A DNA stretch of 64,000 nucleotides from Candidatus Latescibacterota bacterium. Lineage in GTDB: Bacteria; Latescibacterota; UBA2968; UBA8231. Made by a program: the position numbers and the translations under genes. Shown piece after piece: positions 37,115 through 46,939 of this stretch. The number at the start of each line of letters is the position of its first letter. The first letter of the stretch is position 1. The DNA lies in assembly GCA_965203175.1 (NCBI GenBank), contig OZ241867.1, positions 3,264,001 through 3,328,000 of the forward strand. Reading direction: 5' to 3'. The notes below the pieces were generated by a model. It saw only the letters and a program-made list of their open reading frames with translations, was not told the origin of the DNA and ran no database searches.

Positions 37115-39934
37115 TTACTCGACCCCTGCAAAAACCGTGATAAAACTGGTCGTTTCCGAGCGCCCTTTACTCCCTTTCTCAAAGACGCCCGGCGCAGCTT
37201 CGCGAATGCGCTCGGTGCCGATGCGCCCGACCCGCAACCCGATCTGGGTGGTGAGGATATACCCGAGGTATCCCGAGGTGACCGACAGTTGGACGGCGAC
37301 CTGAGTCGAAGTCAAATCTCCGGTCTCTGCCGCGATTCCTCTGGCGAGCATGTCGTCTTCGTCGGCGACCAGATCGCGAAAGCGCAACAACTCGAGTCCC
37401 GTTTCGATCTTGGTATTGGGTGTCAGCCGCGTCTGGGCCAACACTTGGGCGATCCCGGCCCAGTGTTTATGGGGTTCCTCTTCCTGCAAGAATTCGCTCT
37501 GCCGGAAGTACTCGCTCTTTAGGCCAGGTCGCAGCAAAAAGGAACCCCATTCCGCGGTATAAGACGCTTTGTTGATCACACCGAGAAAACTGGTGAAGTC
37601 GCGGAGGGGCCGCTCATTGAGGTCCCTTGGATCGTCTAGCACTTGATGGTAGAAATCGTATTTCAGCTTAGAGGTTAATTCGAGGCCCGGCACTGCGAGA
37701 TGATCGACGGCGATGAACGACGAGTTGACCCAGGTATCCGCGGCCGGCAAAATATCCGGCACCAGCGGTCGGGCCGGGGCCGTTAAGAACGGCGTTGGTG
37801 CCCGGCGATCGTCTGGGATGGTGTCTTTAACCCGCTTGAGCATTTCGAAAACCCGCACGCGTCCAAAACCCGCCCAATTGCGGTCAAAGGTGAACAATCC
37901 ATAGGTGGATTCGTTTGCTCGCTTTTGGGAAAACATGCGCTCGTCCACCCGTCCCAACAAAAGACGCACATCTGGAGCGATGTCGAGCCCCACAAAGGCA
38001 TTGTACCCGCGGCGATCGGCCTTGTAGAGATAGTCCGGCAGCACATCGTCTTCAAAGCGGTCGATCCAGTCGTTGTTGTTGAGATCGATGCCGAAGAGAA
38101 ATTCCGGACGGTCCACTGCGAATCTCAGAAAAGGTTCTTCGTAATCGGGCAAGCTATTGGGTATGGTGGCGTTGTCGTTCTGATTGAAGTCAGAGATGAA
38201 GTCGTTGTTTTCATCCCAGCCGGGAAAGACAATATTATCGCCGACTGATTGCCCCCGGCGCACCCAATCGGGTAAACGGTCTTGATCGTCGTTGTCGTCG
38301 ACGAATTCGTAGAAGGCGGTCGTGGGCGAATCGTAGAGAATGTCACCGGAGTGGTCGACGACGAATGCCGCGGTCGTCGAATAGTCTTCGGCGATGGAAT
38401 AGCCCTCGAAAAAACCGAACCACGGGTATTGCTGTCTAGATAGGTTGAAAAAATAGGCATCGGCGTGCAGCGAAGAGATTTCGTGATTGCCGCTAGCCGA
38501 AAAAATGGCGGGATTGGGATACTGAAAAAAGCGCAGATTGCGATCCCACTCTCCGTTGAAATCAAAGCCGAATACATCTTTGCCTTCGATGGTGAAACCC
38601 CCAACCATATTGGCGGTGGGCAAACCGTATTCATACCGCACCCGTTGCAAGTTCGATATATCTCGCACATTGCCCTCCGCCCGCTGCAGCACAATCAGGG
38701 CGGGTTCACTTTCCTCGATGATTTGGTTGGTGATGGGTGGTGCTGGGGTGGAGCGCCGACCGGTCTGCTTGTTGGACCACATTTCCACTTTGAAGTCGTT
38801 GGCTAATACGTAGTCGAATTCGACCTTGACAATCGACAGTGGATCAGGACCGACGTAAGCCGGACTCTTGAAATCGTAGTTCAAGACAATGCGCTCGTCG
38901 CCATCGGCGGCCGTGAAGCCTTCTTTGGGAAACCCGCCAAAAATGACCGGCCACTCGAGCCCCTCGCGCACCACTTGCTGGAGCGTGAAGACCGTCTCTA
39001 GCTCTGTATCGAAATTGCGGGCGGTGATGCGAATGTCGTGACTGAAAAGGGCGGCTCCTCCGATCCCGTCTGCTGGTGAATCGTCGCTCAGCACCATGGC
39101 GATGGCGGTGACTGGTGTTGAAGACTGGCCGGCCGTTAGGCTGCCGGCGATCAGATCGCCGCTGAATACGTCCAAGCCAGTATTGGCGTTGCGGGCGTCC
39201 ACCAAGCTGCCGCCGAGGGTGATGAAGTCGCCCACTTGCACGGTCGCCCGTCCGCCAATGAGACTGGTGGAATTGGAGACTCTAGCAGGCTGTGGGGTAA
39301 CGCCCGTAGCCGGATCACTTATGCGCGAGGCAATGATAGTGGCCTGGTATTTATCTGCTGCGAAGTCCATCTGTAGCCCATTAAAACGAGGCTTGGAAAA
39401 TGTCATGGGGGTGAGGGTGGTGCGGATCTCATTGCCAACTGTGATCGCATAGGAAAACTGGCCCTCGGAATCGCTACTCACCGTGAGATTGTTGAACCAG
39501 TCGTTGAAGCGGCCATCCTTAAAGATGCTGCTGCCCAGGGCCTGGGGCTGATCCTGGTGCCAGTCGTACACCAGCCATCCGCGCGTGACGTAATGGCCGT
39601 AGATATCGTAGAAGTAATTACCTTCGAGGGCGGTATTGACATAGCGCTGGTAGGGCTGACGCGCGTAGTTGGAATATTCCCACTGACGCCACTGGTATTC
39701 GTTGTACAGTTCCTGCGGCACGTACCATTTGCGCACCGACGGGTCGAGCGCTCCGAATAGGACCCCCGGGCCACGGGGTTCAAAGCTCACCTCGCCGCCG
39801 CGCTGGGTTCCGAGGCGAGAGCCGTAGTCCTGGGCCTCCGAGCCGCCAACACCGATCAAAAGCGACAACAGCAGGAAGAATCCCCCCAGCTCATTTCGGT
39901 TTGCCCATAGGCCCAATGCAGATGCCATGCTCAC
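37115..39934 (-). CDS. Large secreted hypothetical protein (939 aa), paralog of 34173-37112
   Basis: Shares QWEYxNYAR, TRGWLxYDW, TTLTPMTF, LSDDSPxDG, YGLPTAN and RPEFLFGxDLNNN with its neighbour. Confidence 0.7.
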   Translation of the reverse strand: MSMASALGLWANRNELGGFFLLLSLLIGVGGSEAQDYGSRLGTQRGGEVSFEPRGPGVLFGALDPSVRKWYVPQELYNEYQWRQWEYSNYARQPYQRYVNTALEGNYFYDIYGHYVTRGWLVYDWHQDQPQALGSSIFKDGRFNDWFNNLTVSSDSEGQFSYAITVGNEIRTTLTPMTFSKPRFNGLQMDFAADKYQATIIASRISDPATGVTPQPARVSNSTSLIGGRATVQVGDFITLGGSLVDARNANTGLDVFSGDLIAGSLTAGQSSTPVTAIAMVLSDDSPADGIGGAALFSHDIRITARNFDTELETVFTLQQVVREGLEWPVIFGGFPKEGFTAADGDERIVLNYDFKSPAYVGPDPLSIVKVEFDYVLANDFKVEMWSNKQTGRRSTPAPPITNQIIEESEPALIVLQRAEGNVRDISNLQRVRYEYGLPTANMVGGFTIEGKDVFGFDFNGEWDRNLRFFQYPNPAIFSASGNHEISSLHADAYFFNLSRQQYPWFGFFEGYSIAEDYSTTAAFVVDHSGDILYDSPTTAFYEFVDDNDDQDRLPDWVRRGQSVGDNIVFPGWDENNDFISDFNQNDNATIPNSLPDYEEPFLRFAVDRPEFLFGIDLNNNDWIDRFEDDVLPDYLYKADRRGYNAFVGLDIAPDVRLLLGRVDERMFSQKRANESTYGLFTFDRNWAGFGRVRVFEMLKRVKDTIPDDRRAPTPFLTAPARPLVPDILPAADTWVNSSFIAVDHLAVPGLELTSKLKYDFYHQVLDDPRDLNERPLRDFTSFLGVINKASYTAEWGSFLLRPGLKSEYFRQSEFLQEEEPHKHWAGIAQVLAQTRLTPNTKIETGLELLRFRDLVADEDDMLARGIAAETGDLTSTQVAVQLSVTSGYLGYILTTQIGLRVGRIGTERIREAAPGVFEKGSKGRSETTSFITVFAGVE

Positions 39935-39945
39935 CTCGTAGGCTT

Positions 39946-42189
39946 TTAATAGACAACGCCGACAGCACCGAGCCTTCTGTCAGCGCCGGTATCGGCGTTC
40001 AGCGTAACGGTGTATATGTAATGCCCCGGAGTCACGAGCCGACCCTCGTCATCGGTGCCCTCCCAAGCAATGGCAAAACGTCCGCTGGTCTGTTTTTCCA
40101 TTTGCAGAGACCGGATCGATCGGCCGGCCAAATCAAATAGTTCAATCTCCACGAGAACGGGACTAGCTATGTTGGTGATATCGTAGTGAATAGCAGTGCG
40201 GTCGTTGATTTGATCCCCATTGGGTGTAAATACGGCTGGCTCAGCGCGCACATTGGTCAATAGATCGTCGCTTATGGGCACCTCTACGGTCAGATTGGTG
40301 GGCACAGGAGCGCCAATGCGGGCTAGATCGGGATCTACTAGTGTCTCTCGTCCTAAATCCGCGGCATTGCCCGCGAGTATATTTTGTCCCACTGCGCCGA
40401 CTTCGGTATTGAATGCTCGAGCCGAGAATACCGTGCCAAAACGCAAAACCGCTGTTGCGAATTCTACTTTGACGAGCGCATTATTTTCGTTTACTGGCGG
40501 CAATTGCAAAAGTAGGCCATGGTCTGAGACGGCCAACACTGCAAAGCCGCCGCCTGCTTCGACGGGGAGATCGTCCAATGAGCGCGCTGAAAAATCGGCC
40601 GATTCGATCTCGCCATTGGGCCCGTGGACCTCTACCATGCCAATGGACTCCACCTTAAGCGGCGTCTCGATTTCCAATTGGTCAAAACCGGCCGTCGTCT
40701 GACCAATCTTCGCCAGGACGGCGTAGGAAAAAACAGTCGCTGCACCGACGTCGGCGTGCCGGGGAAACACTTCTCCGATGAGGGTATCGGCCAGAGCCGG
40801 CGTGGACAGATCAAAGCCCAAGGCTCCCAAGCCGGAGGCCGCGTCAAAACCCCGGCTGGCAAACTCAATCATAAATTGAAAATAGCGGCGGGGACTCGGG
40901 GAGAGGATCGGCGTTCCCGACTTGGGTATTTCCAAGGCTTGAGTCTCGACTATACCGGCGGCCGAGTACGGGGGAGACCAAGGACTCCAGTTCGTCAGAT
41001 CATCGCGAATCGGCCCCTTCTCTTTGAGCTTGCCGTACTCGGCTTGCGAAATCTCGAGCTGTGCTCGCAGTTTTAGTGGCAACTGAGTCCAGGCCAAAAG
41101 CGCCTCTTCTCCGCTCAGCAAATCGTCCTCTAGCTCGGTCTCGACCAAAGTTCTAAGTTCATCGTCCTCCACGTCTTGAGGGCGCTTCCAGGGCACTTTG
41201 ACCCGAATTTCTTCCAGATTCGACACGCCCCCTACCGTGCGGCTCACCTCGGTCAGTCCGATACTCTGGACGCCGACTCGGGTAAACTCGACCGGCTCGG
41301 GATCCATACCCGTGCGCGTGCGGATTTGTATATCCGAGAGCACGGAGTCACCGATGGTTTCTTGGAGCCAGCGCAAGTGGCCCAGCAAGGCCGGCTCGCC
41401 AAAATCGAATACATTGGACAGATAGGTCGCCTGCGGCACAAATCCCTCGGCAAAAACTTGGAACTCGGCAAGCTCGAAGTCGGCTGTCGTAAGCGATTTG
41501 AAGCGTATCTGGCGTACGAATTGGGTGGGGATACTGAGATCGACGACCGCTTCCTCGTTCTGGCCTTCGAGGGCGATTGTCGTCCATATCGGCCGATTGT
41601 TGAGATAGGATTCGGGCCGACCGTCATTGATAAAAATCTCGTACCCCTTGATAAAATCGTTCTGAAAGGGAAAGTCAGGTGCCGGTAGTTCGGGAGCGGC
41701 ATTGCGGGGGAAAAATCGGATGCGATTGACGGCGAATAGTGCGTTGAGATCGAATTCTAAGATCAGACCCAGCGCACCGGCACTGGAGGCGCTGGAAGTA
41801 GCTCTCACTTCCAACGCTGTTTGACCGTTGGCGTCGATCAATTTTTTATAATCGTTTTTGAAGCTGACTTGGGCACTGGGGATGGGACTGCTGATTGATC
41901 CGCCGCGCTCTTTGCTGGTGAGGCCGATGAGAATGTTGTCGGTCGTGTCGACCCTTTGCGGAAAAATCCACCCGGGAAAATCAATGGACTCGAAGTCGAT
42001 CACTCCACCGGGGGTATTGGTCTGATTGACGGTGGACTCATCCAAGATCGCAGTCGCCGCAATGGTCCCACCCCCTTCTTGCCACGGCAGTGATCCACTG
42101 CTGCCAATTAGGACGGTTTCTTCGACAGCGCTCCCGATATTTGCCGCGCCCAGACAAGAAATCACGAGCAGGAGGATTCTCTTTTTCAT
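39946..42189 (-). CDS. Secreted protein with C-terminal TPNGD/FlgD Ig domain
   Basis: Signal peptide; FDLNALFAVNRIRFFP, ELAEFQVF and SPSPRRYFQF; VFTPNGDQIND...WEGTD..PGHY. Confidence 0.75.
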   Translation of the reverse strand: MKKRILLLVISCLGAANIGSAVEETVLIGSSGSLPWQEGGGTIAATAILDESTVNQTNTPGGVIDFESIDFPGWIFPQRVDTTDNILIGLTSKERGGSISSPIPSAQVSFKNDYKKLIDANGQTALEVRATSSASSAGALGLILEFDLNALFAVNRIRFFPRNAAPELPAPDFPFQNDFIKGYEIFINDGRPESYLNNRPIWTTIALEGQNEEAVVDLSIPTQFVRQIRFKSLTTADFELAEFQVFAEGFVPQATYLSNVFDFGEPALLGHLRWLQETIGDSVLSDIQIRTRTGMDPEPVEFTRVGVQSIGLTEVSRTVGGVSNLEEIRVKVPWKRPQDVEDDELRTLVETELEDDLLSGEEALLAWTQLPLKLRAQLEISQAEYGKLKEKGPIRDDLTNWSPWSPPYSAAGIVETQALEIPKSGTPILSPSPRRYFQFMIEFASRGFDAASGLGALGFDLSTPALADTLIGEVFPRHADVGAATVFSYAVLAKIGQTTAGFDQLEIETPLKVESIGMVEVHGPNGEIESADFSARSLDDLPVEAGGGFAVLAVSDHGLLLQLPPVNENNALVKVEFATAVLRFGTVFSARAFNTEVGAVGQNILAGNAADLGRETLVDPDLARIGAPVPTNLTVEVPISDDLLTNVRAEPAVFTPNGDQINDRTAIHYDITNIASPVLVEIELFDLAGRSIRSLQMEKQTSGRFAIAWEGTDDEGRLVTPGHYIYTVTLNADTGADRRLGAVGVVY

Positions 42190-42234
42190 GTCAGTCCCTT
42201 TTCATTGAAACTAACCGAGAACGCGGCCACAAAT

Positions 42235-44127
42235 TCACTGACGGTCGGGAATGTACAGAAAGGGCAACTGCCGCTCAACCGCCTTGTTTTGCGGTAATGC
42301 TCCCTTTCCATAAAGGTCTCTGAGGCGCTGGGCCTCCGCGGGATGGTATTTAGACGCGACTTCCAGCACTCGCTCCGCCTTGGGGGCTTGGTCTTGTTGC
42401 AAGTACAGATCGATCAACTCGCTATAAGAGCCGTAAAAATTAAAGGCCGAGGGATTGCGGTGGAGGGCGGTTTCGTAGGCTTTTAGGGCCCGGTCGTTTT
42501 CCCCGAGTTGGCGGTGGGCCCGAGCTAGGCTGATCCACACCATGACTCTTTGCGGATAGACTCTCAACACCCGTTGAAAAGTGGGGATCGCAGCGCTGGC
42601 TTGGCCCTGGGCGGCCTGGACAGATGCCAAATTGTACCACGCCTGCCAGTAGGCCGAATCAAAGTACACGGCCCGCTCGAATGCCGCTTGCGCCCTTTCC
42701 AGTTCGCCCTCTTTGGCGTAGGCATTGCCCAGATTGTAGTGGACGGCGGCGTCGCCTTCCATATTCATCGGTGCCAGCCCCACATTGGCGAACACCGTAC
42801 AAAAGATCACCCCTGCGGCCATGGCGGCAGCAGCCGAGAAACGGTGCTGCCGCAGGGCATCCACAGCGCAGTACCCACCATAAGCGGCGTACACCAATAG
42901 CAAGGGAATGACCGGCAGGCGATAGCGTGCCGTTACGAAGAAGGTGATGACGGAAAGGGAGTACAGCACGACAAACAAAAGGGGCAAGGAGAAAGCGCGC
43001 TGGCGAATGGCCAGTGCGAGGCCCACCAGCGCCAGCGGACCGACCAGACCGAAGGGAAAGGCAAGGCCCCATTTCCACATAGTCGCGCTCAGGATGGCTG
43101 TATAGCGGCGCCAAAAATACAGATCCTGATTGCGGCCAATTTCATCGCCTTGCCAGAAAAGGTGGGTTTTTTTGGCCAGTAGGACCAAATAATCAACGGG
43201 TTGGGCGGCTATGTACTCGCGGGCTTTATCCATGTAAAAATCGGATTGCTGTACCAGTCGTTCGGCTTGGGCCTCGACCCTGGCTCGGTCCAATAGTTCG
43301 TACCATTCCCACCCCGGACGGATATTTACCGTGCGCTGGTAATCCGGATTGTTGCCAAGGTAGAAATTGATGCCGGCATTGGAAGAGATGAGCACGGCAT
43401 CGCCGCCGATGGCATAGTTGCGCAGGGTCACTGGGGCGATGGCGACGAGCAAACCCAATAGCAAGGCGCTGGGTAGGAGCAGTTGTTCCTGCAAAGGCCG
43501 GTTCTGCTTGCGGATTTCGTAGCAGACGTAGATAGTGGCTCCGAGCGCGAAGCTGAGCACGGTGGCCACCGTCAGAACGGCCAGACCAAACACCAAACCC
43601 GCCCCGGCAAAGCGCAAAAAAGAGGGACGACGAAGGGCCCTAAGCAGCAGCGCCAGTCCCGCCATATTGAGAAAGGTACCCAGCGTGGCCGGAAGTATTT
43701 CGCCGTCAAAAAAGATCAGCGGGCCATAGAGGGCGGCAGCGCAGGCCGCTGCTGCACCGACCGCGGTATTGAAAAGCTGTCGTCCTAGCGACCAAGTCAG
43801 GACGCAGAGCACAGCGCCGCACAGCGCCTGAAGAAAGCGCACCGCGTAAAAAAATAGATCGGGAGAAAGAGCATATAACAGGCCCAACAAGTAGGGATAT
43901 AGAGGCGGTTGCCAGAAGGCTTCCCGACCCTGTCCCAGCCAGTTTCCCGCTGCTAGGTCCTGGGCGTGCTCTACGTAGGTGAGGCCGTCGACGGGGGGGT
44001 GGGCAAACAGAGGACTGGTCTCGATCTGAAAAATGTAGGCCACCCGCATGGCCAAAGCCAGGACGAATACGCCCAGCGGGATGGAGAAAATGCCAAAAGA
44101 TTCGGCTTGTGTGCGCTTTTTAAACAA
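42235..44127 (-). CDS. GT39/PMT-like (ArnT-like) glycosyltransferase with C-terminal TPRs
   Basis: DGLTY, FWQPPLYPY, NAGINFYLGNNP and ARYRLP motifs; TPR tail. Confidence 0.85.
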   Translation of the reverse strand: MFKKRTQAESFGIFSIPLGVFVLALAMRVAYIFQIETSPLFAHPPVDGLTYVEHAQDLAAGNWLGQGREAFWQPPLYPYLLGLLYALSPDLFFYAVRFLQALCGAVLCVLTWSLGRQLFNTAVGAAAACAAALYGPLIFFDGEILPATLGTFLNMAGLALLLRALRRPSFLRFAGAGLVFGLAVLTVATVLSFALGATIYVCYEIRKQNRPLQEQLLLPSALLLGLLVAIAPVTLRNYAIGGDAVLISSNAGINFYLGNNPDYQRTVNIRPGWEWYELLDRARVEAQAERLVQQSDFYMDKAREYIAAQPVDYLVLLAKKTHLFWQGDEIGRNQDLYFWRRYTAILSATMWKWGLAFPFGLVGPLALVGLALAIRQRAFSLPLLFVVLYSLSVITFFVTARYRLPVIPLLLVYAAYGGYCAVDALRQHRFSAAAAMAAGVIFCTVFANVGLAPMNMEGDAAVHYNLGNAYAKEGELERAQAAFERAVYFDSAYWQAWYNLASVQAAQGQASAAIPTFQRVLRVYPQRVMVWISLARAHRQLGENDRALKAYETALHRNPSAFNFYGSYSELIDLYLQQDQAPKAERVLEVASKYHPAEAQRLRDLYGKGALPQNKAVERQLPFLYIPDRQ

Positions 44128-44222
44128 TTTTAATGCCTTAACGCCGCGCTAAATGAGCGATATAGATGTTTTATCAACATATACGTTTGCTGTGTCCCGA
44201 TCAGCCATAAGAAAACATTGAC

Positions 44223-44250
44223 TTGCAATCTATAGATGGTTATCTATACT
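44223..44250 (+). promoter_or_regulatory. Putative sigma-70 promoter
   Basis: TTGCAA-N16-TATACT in an AT-rich divergent intergenic region, 60 bp upstream of ATG 44311. Confidence 0.4.
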
Positions 44251-44310
44251 GAATAGCTACAAACCAATCCATAACCATAAGCTTTCTTGCAATTCCACAA
44301 GGAGGAATCT

Positions 44311-45228
44311 ATGAGCAAGCTCTTAAAGGGCGTTGTGTCCTTTGCCATCGCGATTGGCTTTACCACATCCGCTGGTGCCCACGATCCGCCGGGCGTGATT
44401 TTCGAAATGTGGCAATGGCCTTCTTCGCACTTACCGGTTCTGGATGCCGATTTGTCTGAGTGGGAGGTCGTGCCAGAGGAGTTGTGGATCACTGAACAGG
44501 ATCTAAACAACCTCTTGATCACCCAAATTGATGTCACTGATACCGAGCCGGATGCGTCTGACTTAGCCGTGCGTTTTACGTTTGGCTGGAACGACGAAAC
44601 CGAGCGCATCTACTTGGCTTATGATCGCTACGATGACTATTGGAGCCACCAGCGCGACGATATCGAACTGGCCGTCGATGCCGATCATTCGGGCGGGCTC
44701 TACTGGAGTTCGGAAGGGCAGAGCGATGAGGAAGCGCAACGTCAGCGCAACCGCCACGCCCAGATTTCCCACTTCTTCTTCCACAGCAAAACGGAAGAGG
44801 TTGGAGTACCTTGGAACTGGCATTGGATGACCCAAGCCGATTGGTATCGGGGGGAACCTTATTCCGATGGTGCCTATAAGTGGACCGAGCCCGAACTGGG
44901 CCAGGAATACAACTGGCAAATCGAGCTGTGGCACGTGTGGTGGGACGATTTCAACTGGCAAGATCCCGAAGGCAGTATCATCCACGATCTGCAAGAAGGG
45001 GAGATCATCGGCTTGGCAGCCCGCCACAAGGACGGGGACGTGGGCCTGTGCTGCGGCCATGACGAGACCGGCGAAGTCTTCTCCGACTGGGCCCTCAACT
45101 TCAATGAATCTTCTGAAAACGCCGACTTCCTACCGGACTGGATTCTCTTGCCGGTCAACGAGGAACTGCTAGCGACGGCCGTCGAAGACGATACTTGGGG
45201 CCATATCAAGGCATCTTTCAGTCGGTAA
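44311..45228 (+). CDS. Secreted acidic protein (CBM9/DOMON-like) with C-terminal TAVExxTWGxIK motif
   Basis: RBS AAGGAGG; signal peptide; PVLDADLSEW, GWNDETERIYL and DDIELAVDAD. Confidence 0.65.
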   Translation: MSKLLKGVVSFAIAIGFTTSAGAHDPPGVIFEMWQWPSSHLPVLDADLSEWEVVPEELWITEQDLNNLLITQIDVTDTEPDASDLAVRFTFGWNDETERIYLAYDRYDDYWSHQRDDIELAVDADHSGGLYWSSEGQSDEEAQRQRNRHAQISHFFFHSKTEEVGVPWNWHWMTQADWYRGEPYSDGAYKWTEPELGQEYNWQIELWHVWWDDFNWQDPEGSIIHDLQEGEIIGLAARHKDGDVGLCCGHDETGEVFSDWALNFNESSENADFLPDWILLPVNEELLATAVEDDTWGHIKASFSR

Positions 45229-45251
45229 AAGCTCCAATCATTTAATTTTTC

Positions 45252-45300
45252 ACTACAAACTCTCCCGTTGGCTTTTGGCTACAGCGGGAGAGTTTGTAGT
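45252..45300. terminator. 16-bp perfect stem-loop, probable terminator or mRNA-stabilising hairpin
   Basis: ACTACAAACTCTCCCG / CGGGAGAGTTTGTAGT just after the stop at 45228; no clear U-tract. Confidence 0.55.
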
Positions 45301-45311
45301 ATTGGTCCCAG

Positions 45312-46139
45312 TTGGATGCCGGCCCAACTCATAAGCGAGAGGTGAATGGGTTGACCGAGTGGCAGCAGGCCGAATACGAAGGCCAAGGATATCTCCTCGT
45401 CGAAGATGCCCTGAGTGCAGATGAGCTCGACCGCGTCCGACGCGCTTTTGCTGAGGCCGCGCAGGTAGGCGCTCTGGAAGATCTGCCCAATCAAGACGAC
45501 TGTTTCATCCACCTAGCAGAACATCCGAATCTGTTCCCAATAATCCATCGGATCTTGTCCGACGATGTGTCTCTGCGCTCCCTGGCCGCGATCTCCGTCG
45601 AGCCTGGAGCAGCCGGCAGGGGTTGGCATCGGAAGGTCGCCAGCATGCTCGGGGTCCACCACGCCGCCTCCAACCTGTGCCTCCAGCTATTCGTGTGCCT
45701 AGACGATACCCCACCCGACGGTGGCTGTCTGACCGTGGTTCCGGCGAGCCACCGTTTCAAAGCTGAAGTCCCGTTTCCCGATATCACCTACATAGAAGAG
45801 ATGCCCCACCACCTGCCGCTGCGCCTAAAGGCGGGATCGGCCGCAGTGCTGCACGGCAATCTCTGGCAGGCGCGCACGGCCAACCGCGCTGATGCAGCGC
45901 TGCGATTGCTCGAATACACCTACGTCCATAGCTGGATGCGACAGGCCTTGCCAGAGCTATCGCCGCAGGCGCTGGAGACGATCGCTGCCAGAGATAACCT
46001 CGCCCACCTTTTCGGCGTTGCCGCCGCGCCCAGTTATTGGACGGGCAAGGTTAAGGGCTATCCGAGCTCGGATGGCCTTCCGCAGAGACACTACTCGCCG
46101 TTGAGCAGCGTCGGCAAGGGTACCGAGCCAAATTATTAA
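45312..46139 (+). CDS. PhyH-fold protein lacking two of three iron ligands
   Basis: GYLLVEDAL and GGCLTVVPASH, but WHRK instead of HxD and LWQA instead of WHA; real start probably 45342 or 45351. Confidence 0.75.
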   Translation: MDAGPTHKREVNGLTEWQQAEYEGQGYLLVEDALSADELDRVRRAFAEAAQVGALEDLPNQDDCFIHLAEHPNLFPIIHRILSDDVSLRSLAAISVEPGAAGRGWHRKVASMLGVHHAASNLCLQLFVCLDDTPPDGGCLTVVPASHRFKAEVPFPDITYIEEMPHHLPLRLKAGSAAVLHGNLWQARTANRADAALRLLEYTYVHSWMRQALPELSPQALETIAARDNLAHLFGVAAAPSYWTGKVKGYPSSDGLPQRHYSPLSSVGKGTEPNY

Positions 46140-46172
46140 ACCGCCAAACTTTATGAAAAACTGGGCCCCGAT

Positions 46173-46931
46173 ATGACACCTGAACAAGCTAGGCAACAGT
46201 ATAACTCACAGGGATTTGTCGTTATCCGCGGGGCGTTGTCGGGTGCCGAGGTGGAGCGGGTACTCAATGCCTTCGACCAGGCGGCGAAGAATGACTCGCT
46301 TTACGACCTGCTCCAGCAGGACGAGGTGTTCGTCGATATGGTGGATCATCCCGCCATCTTCCCCGTCGTGCGAGCGGTTATAGGAGAGGATGTGCAACTG
46401 CGCTATGCCCATGGGGGCATCAGGGAAGCCAACACCGATTCAGGCGGCGGCTGGCACTGCGATCTTTGCGACATAAAGGGCGTGTATTTGCCGGACTCGC
46501 TGATCATGACCAAAATTTTCACCTATCTAGTGGACGTCCCCGAAAACGGTGCCACCTTCGCCATCGTTCCCGGCAGTCATCGCTTTGAGATGGGACATCC
46601 CCTGCCCGACATTGAGGATCACGAGGATATGCCACATCACGCCAAGCTAACGGCTAAAGCTGGCGACGCGGTGCTCTTCAATGGCTACTGCTGGCACGCC
46701 CGCTTTCACAACCGCAGTAACAGCGACCGCAAGGTACTCGAGTACTCGTACGTCCGCTCGTGGATGAAGACGCAGTACGACTACCGGGATTTGCCCGCGT
46801 CCATTCAGCAGCGGATTACCCAATCCCACAATCGGCGCCAGCTCTTCGGCGTCCCAGAGCCTGGAGTGAGTGATTGGGAGCGACGACTTGAAGGCGGTGA
46901 ACCCTATCGCCCAATCGAAGTCGGCATTTGA
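46173..46931 (+). CDS. PhyH-like Fe/2OG dioxygenase
   Basis: WHCD, NGATFAIVPGSH and CWHA...R. Confidence 0.88.
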   Translation: MTPEQARQQYNSQGFVVIRGALSGAEVERVLNAFDQAAKNDSLYDLLQQDEVFVDMVDHPAIFPVVRAVIGEDVQLRYAHGGIREANTDSGGGWHCDLCDIKGVYLPDSLIMTKIFTYLVDVPENGATFAIVPGSHRFEMGHPLPDIEDHEDMPHHAKLTAKAGDAVLFNGYCWHARFHNRSNSDRKVLEYSYVRSWMKTQYDYRDLPASIQQRITQSHNRRQLFGVPEPGVSDWERRLEGGEPYRPIEVGI

Positions 46932-46939
46932 ATAACGTC

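Noticed and set aside
29314-42189. Flagellar or prophage structural cluster
   Set aside because: The FlgD-like domain is only a C-terminal tail, all five proteins have signal peptides, and no flagellar or phage hallmark genes are present.
45312-46139. Fe/2OG halogenase
   Set aside because: The carboxylate position is Lys rather than Ala/Gly, and the distal His is also lost.
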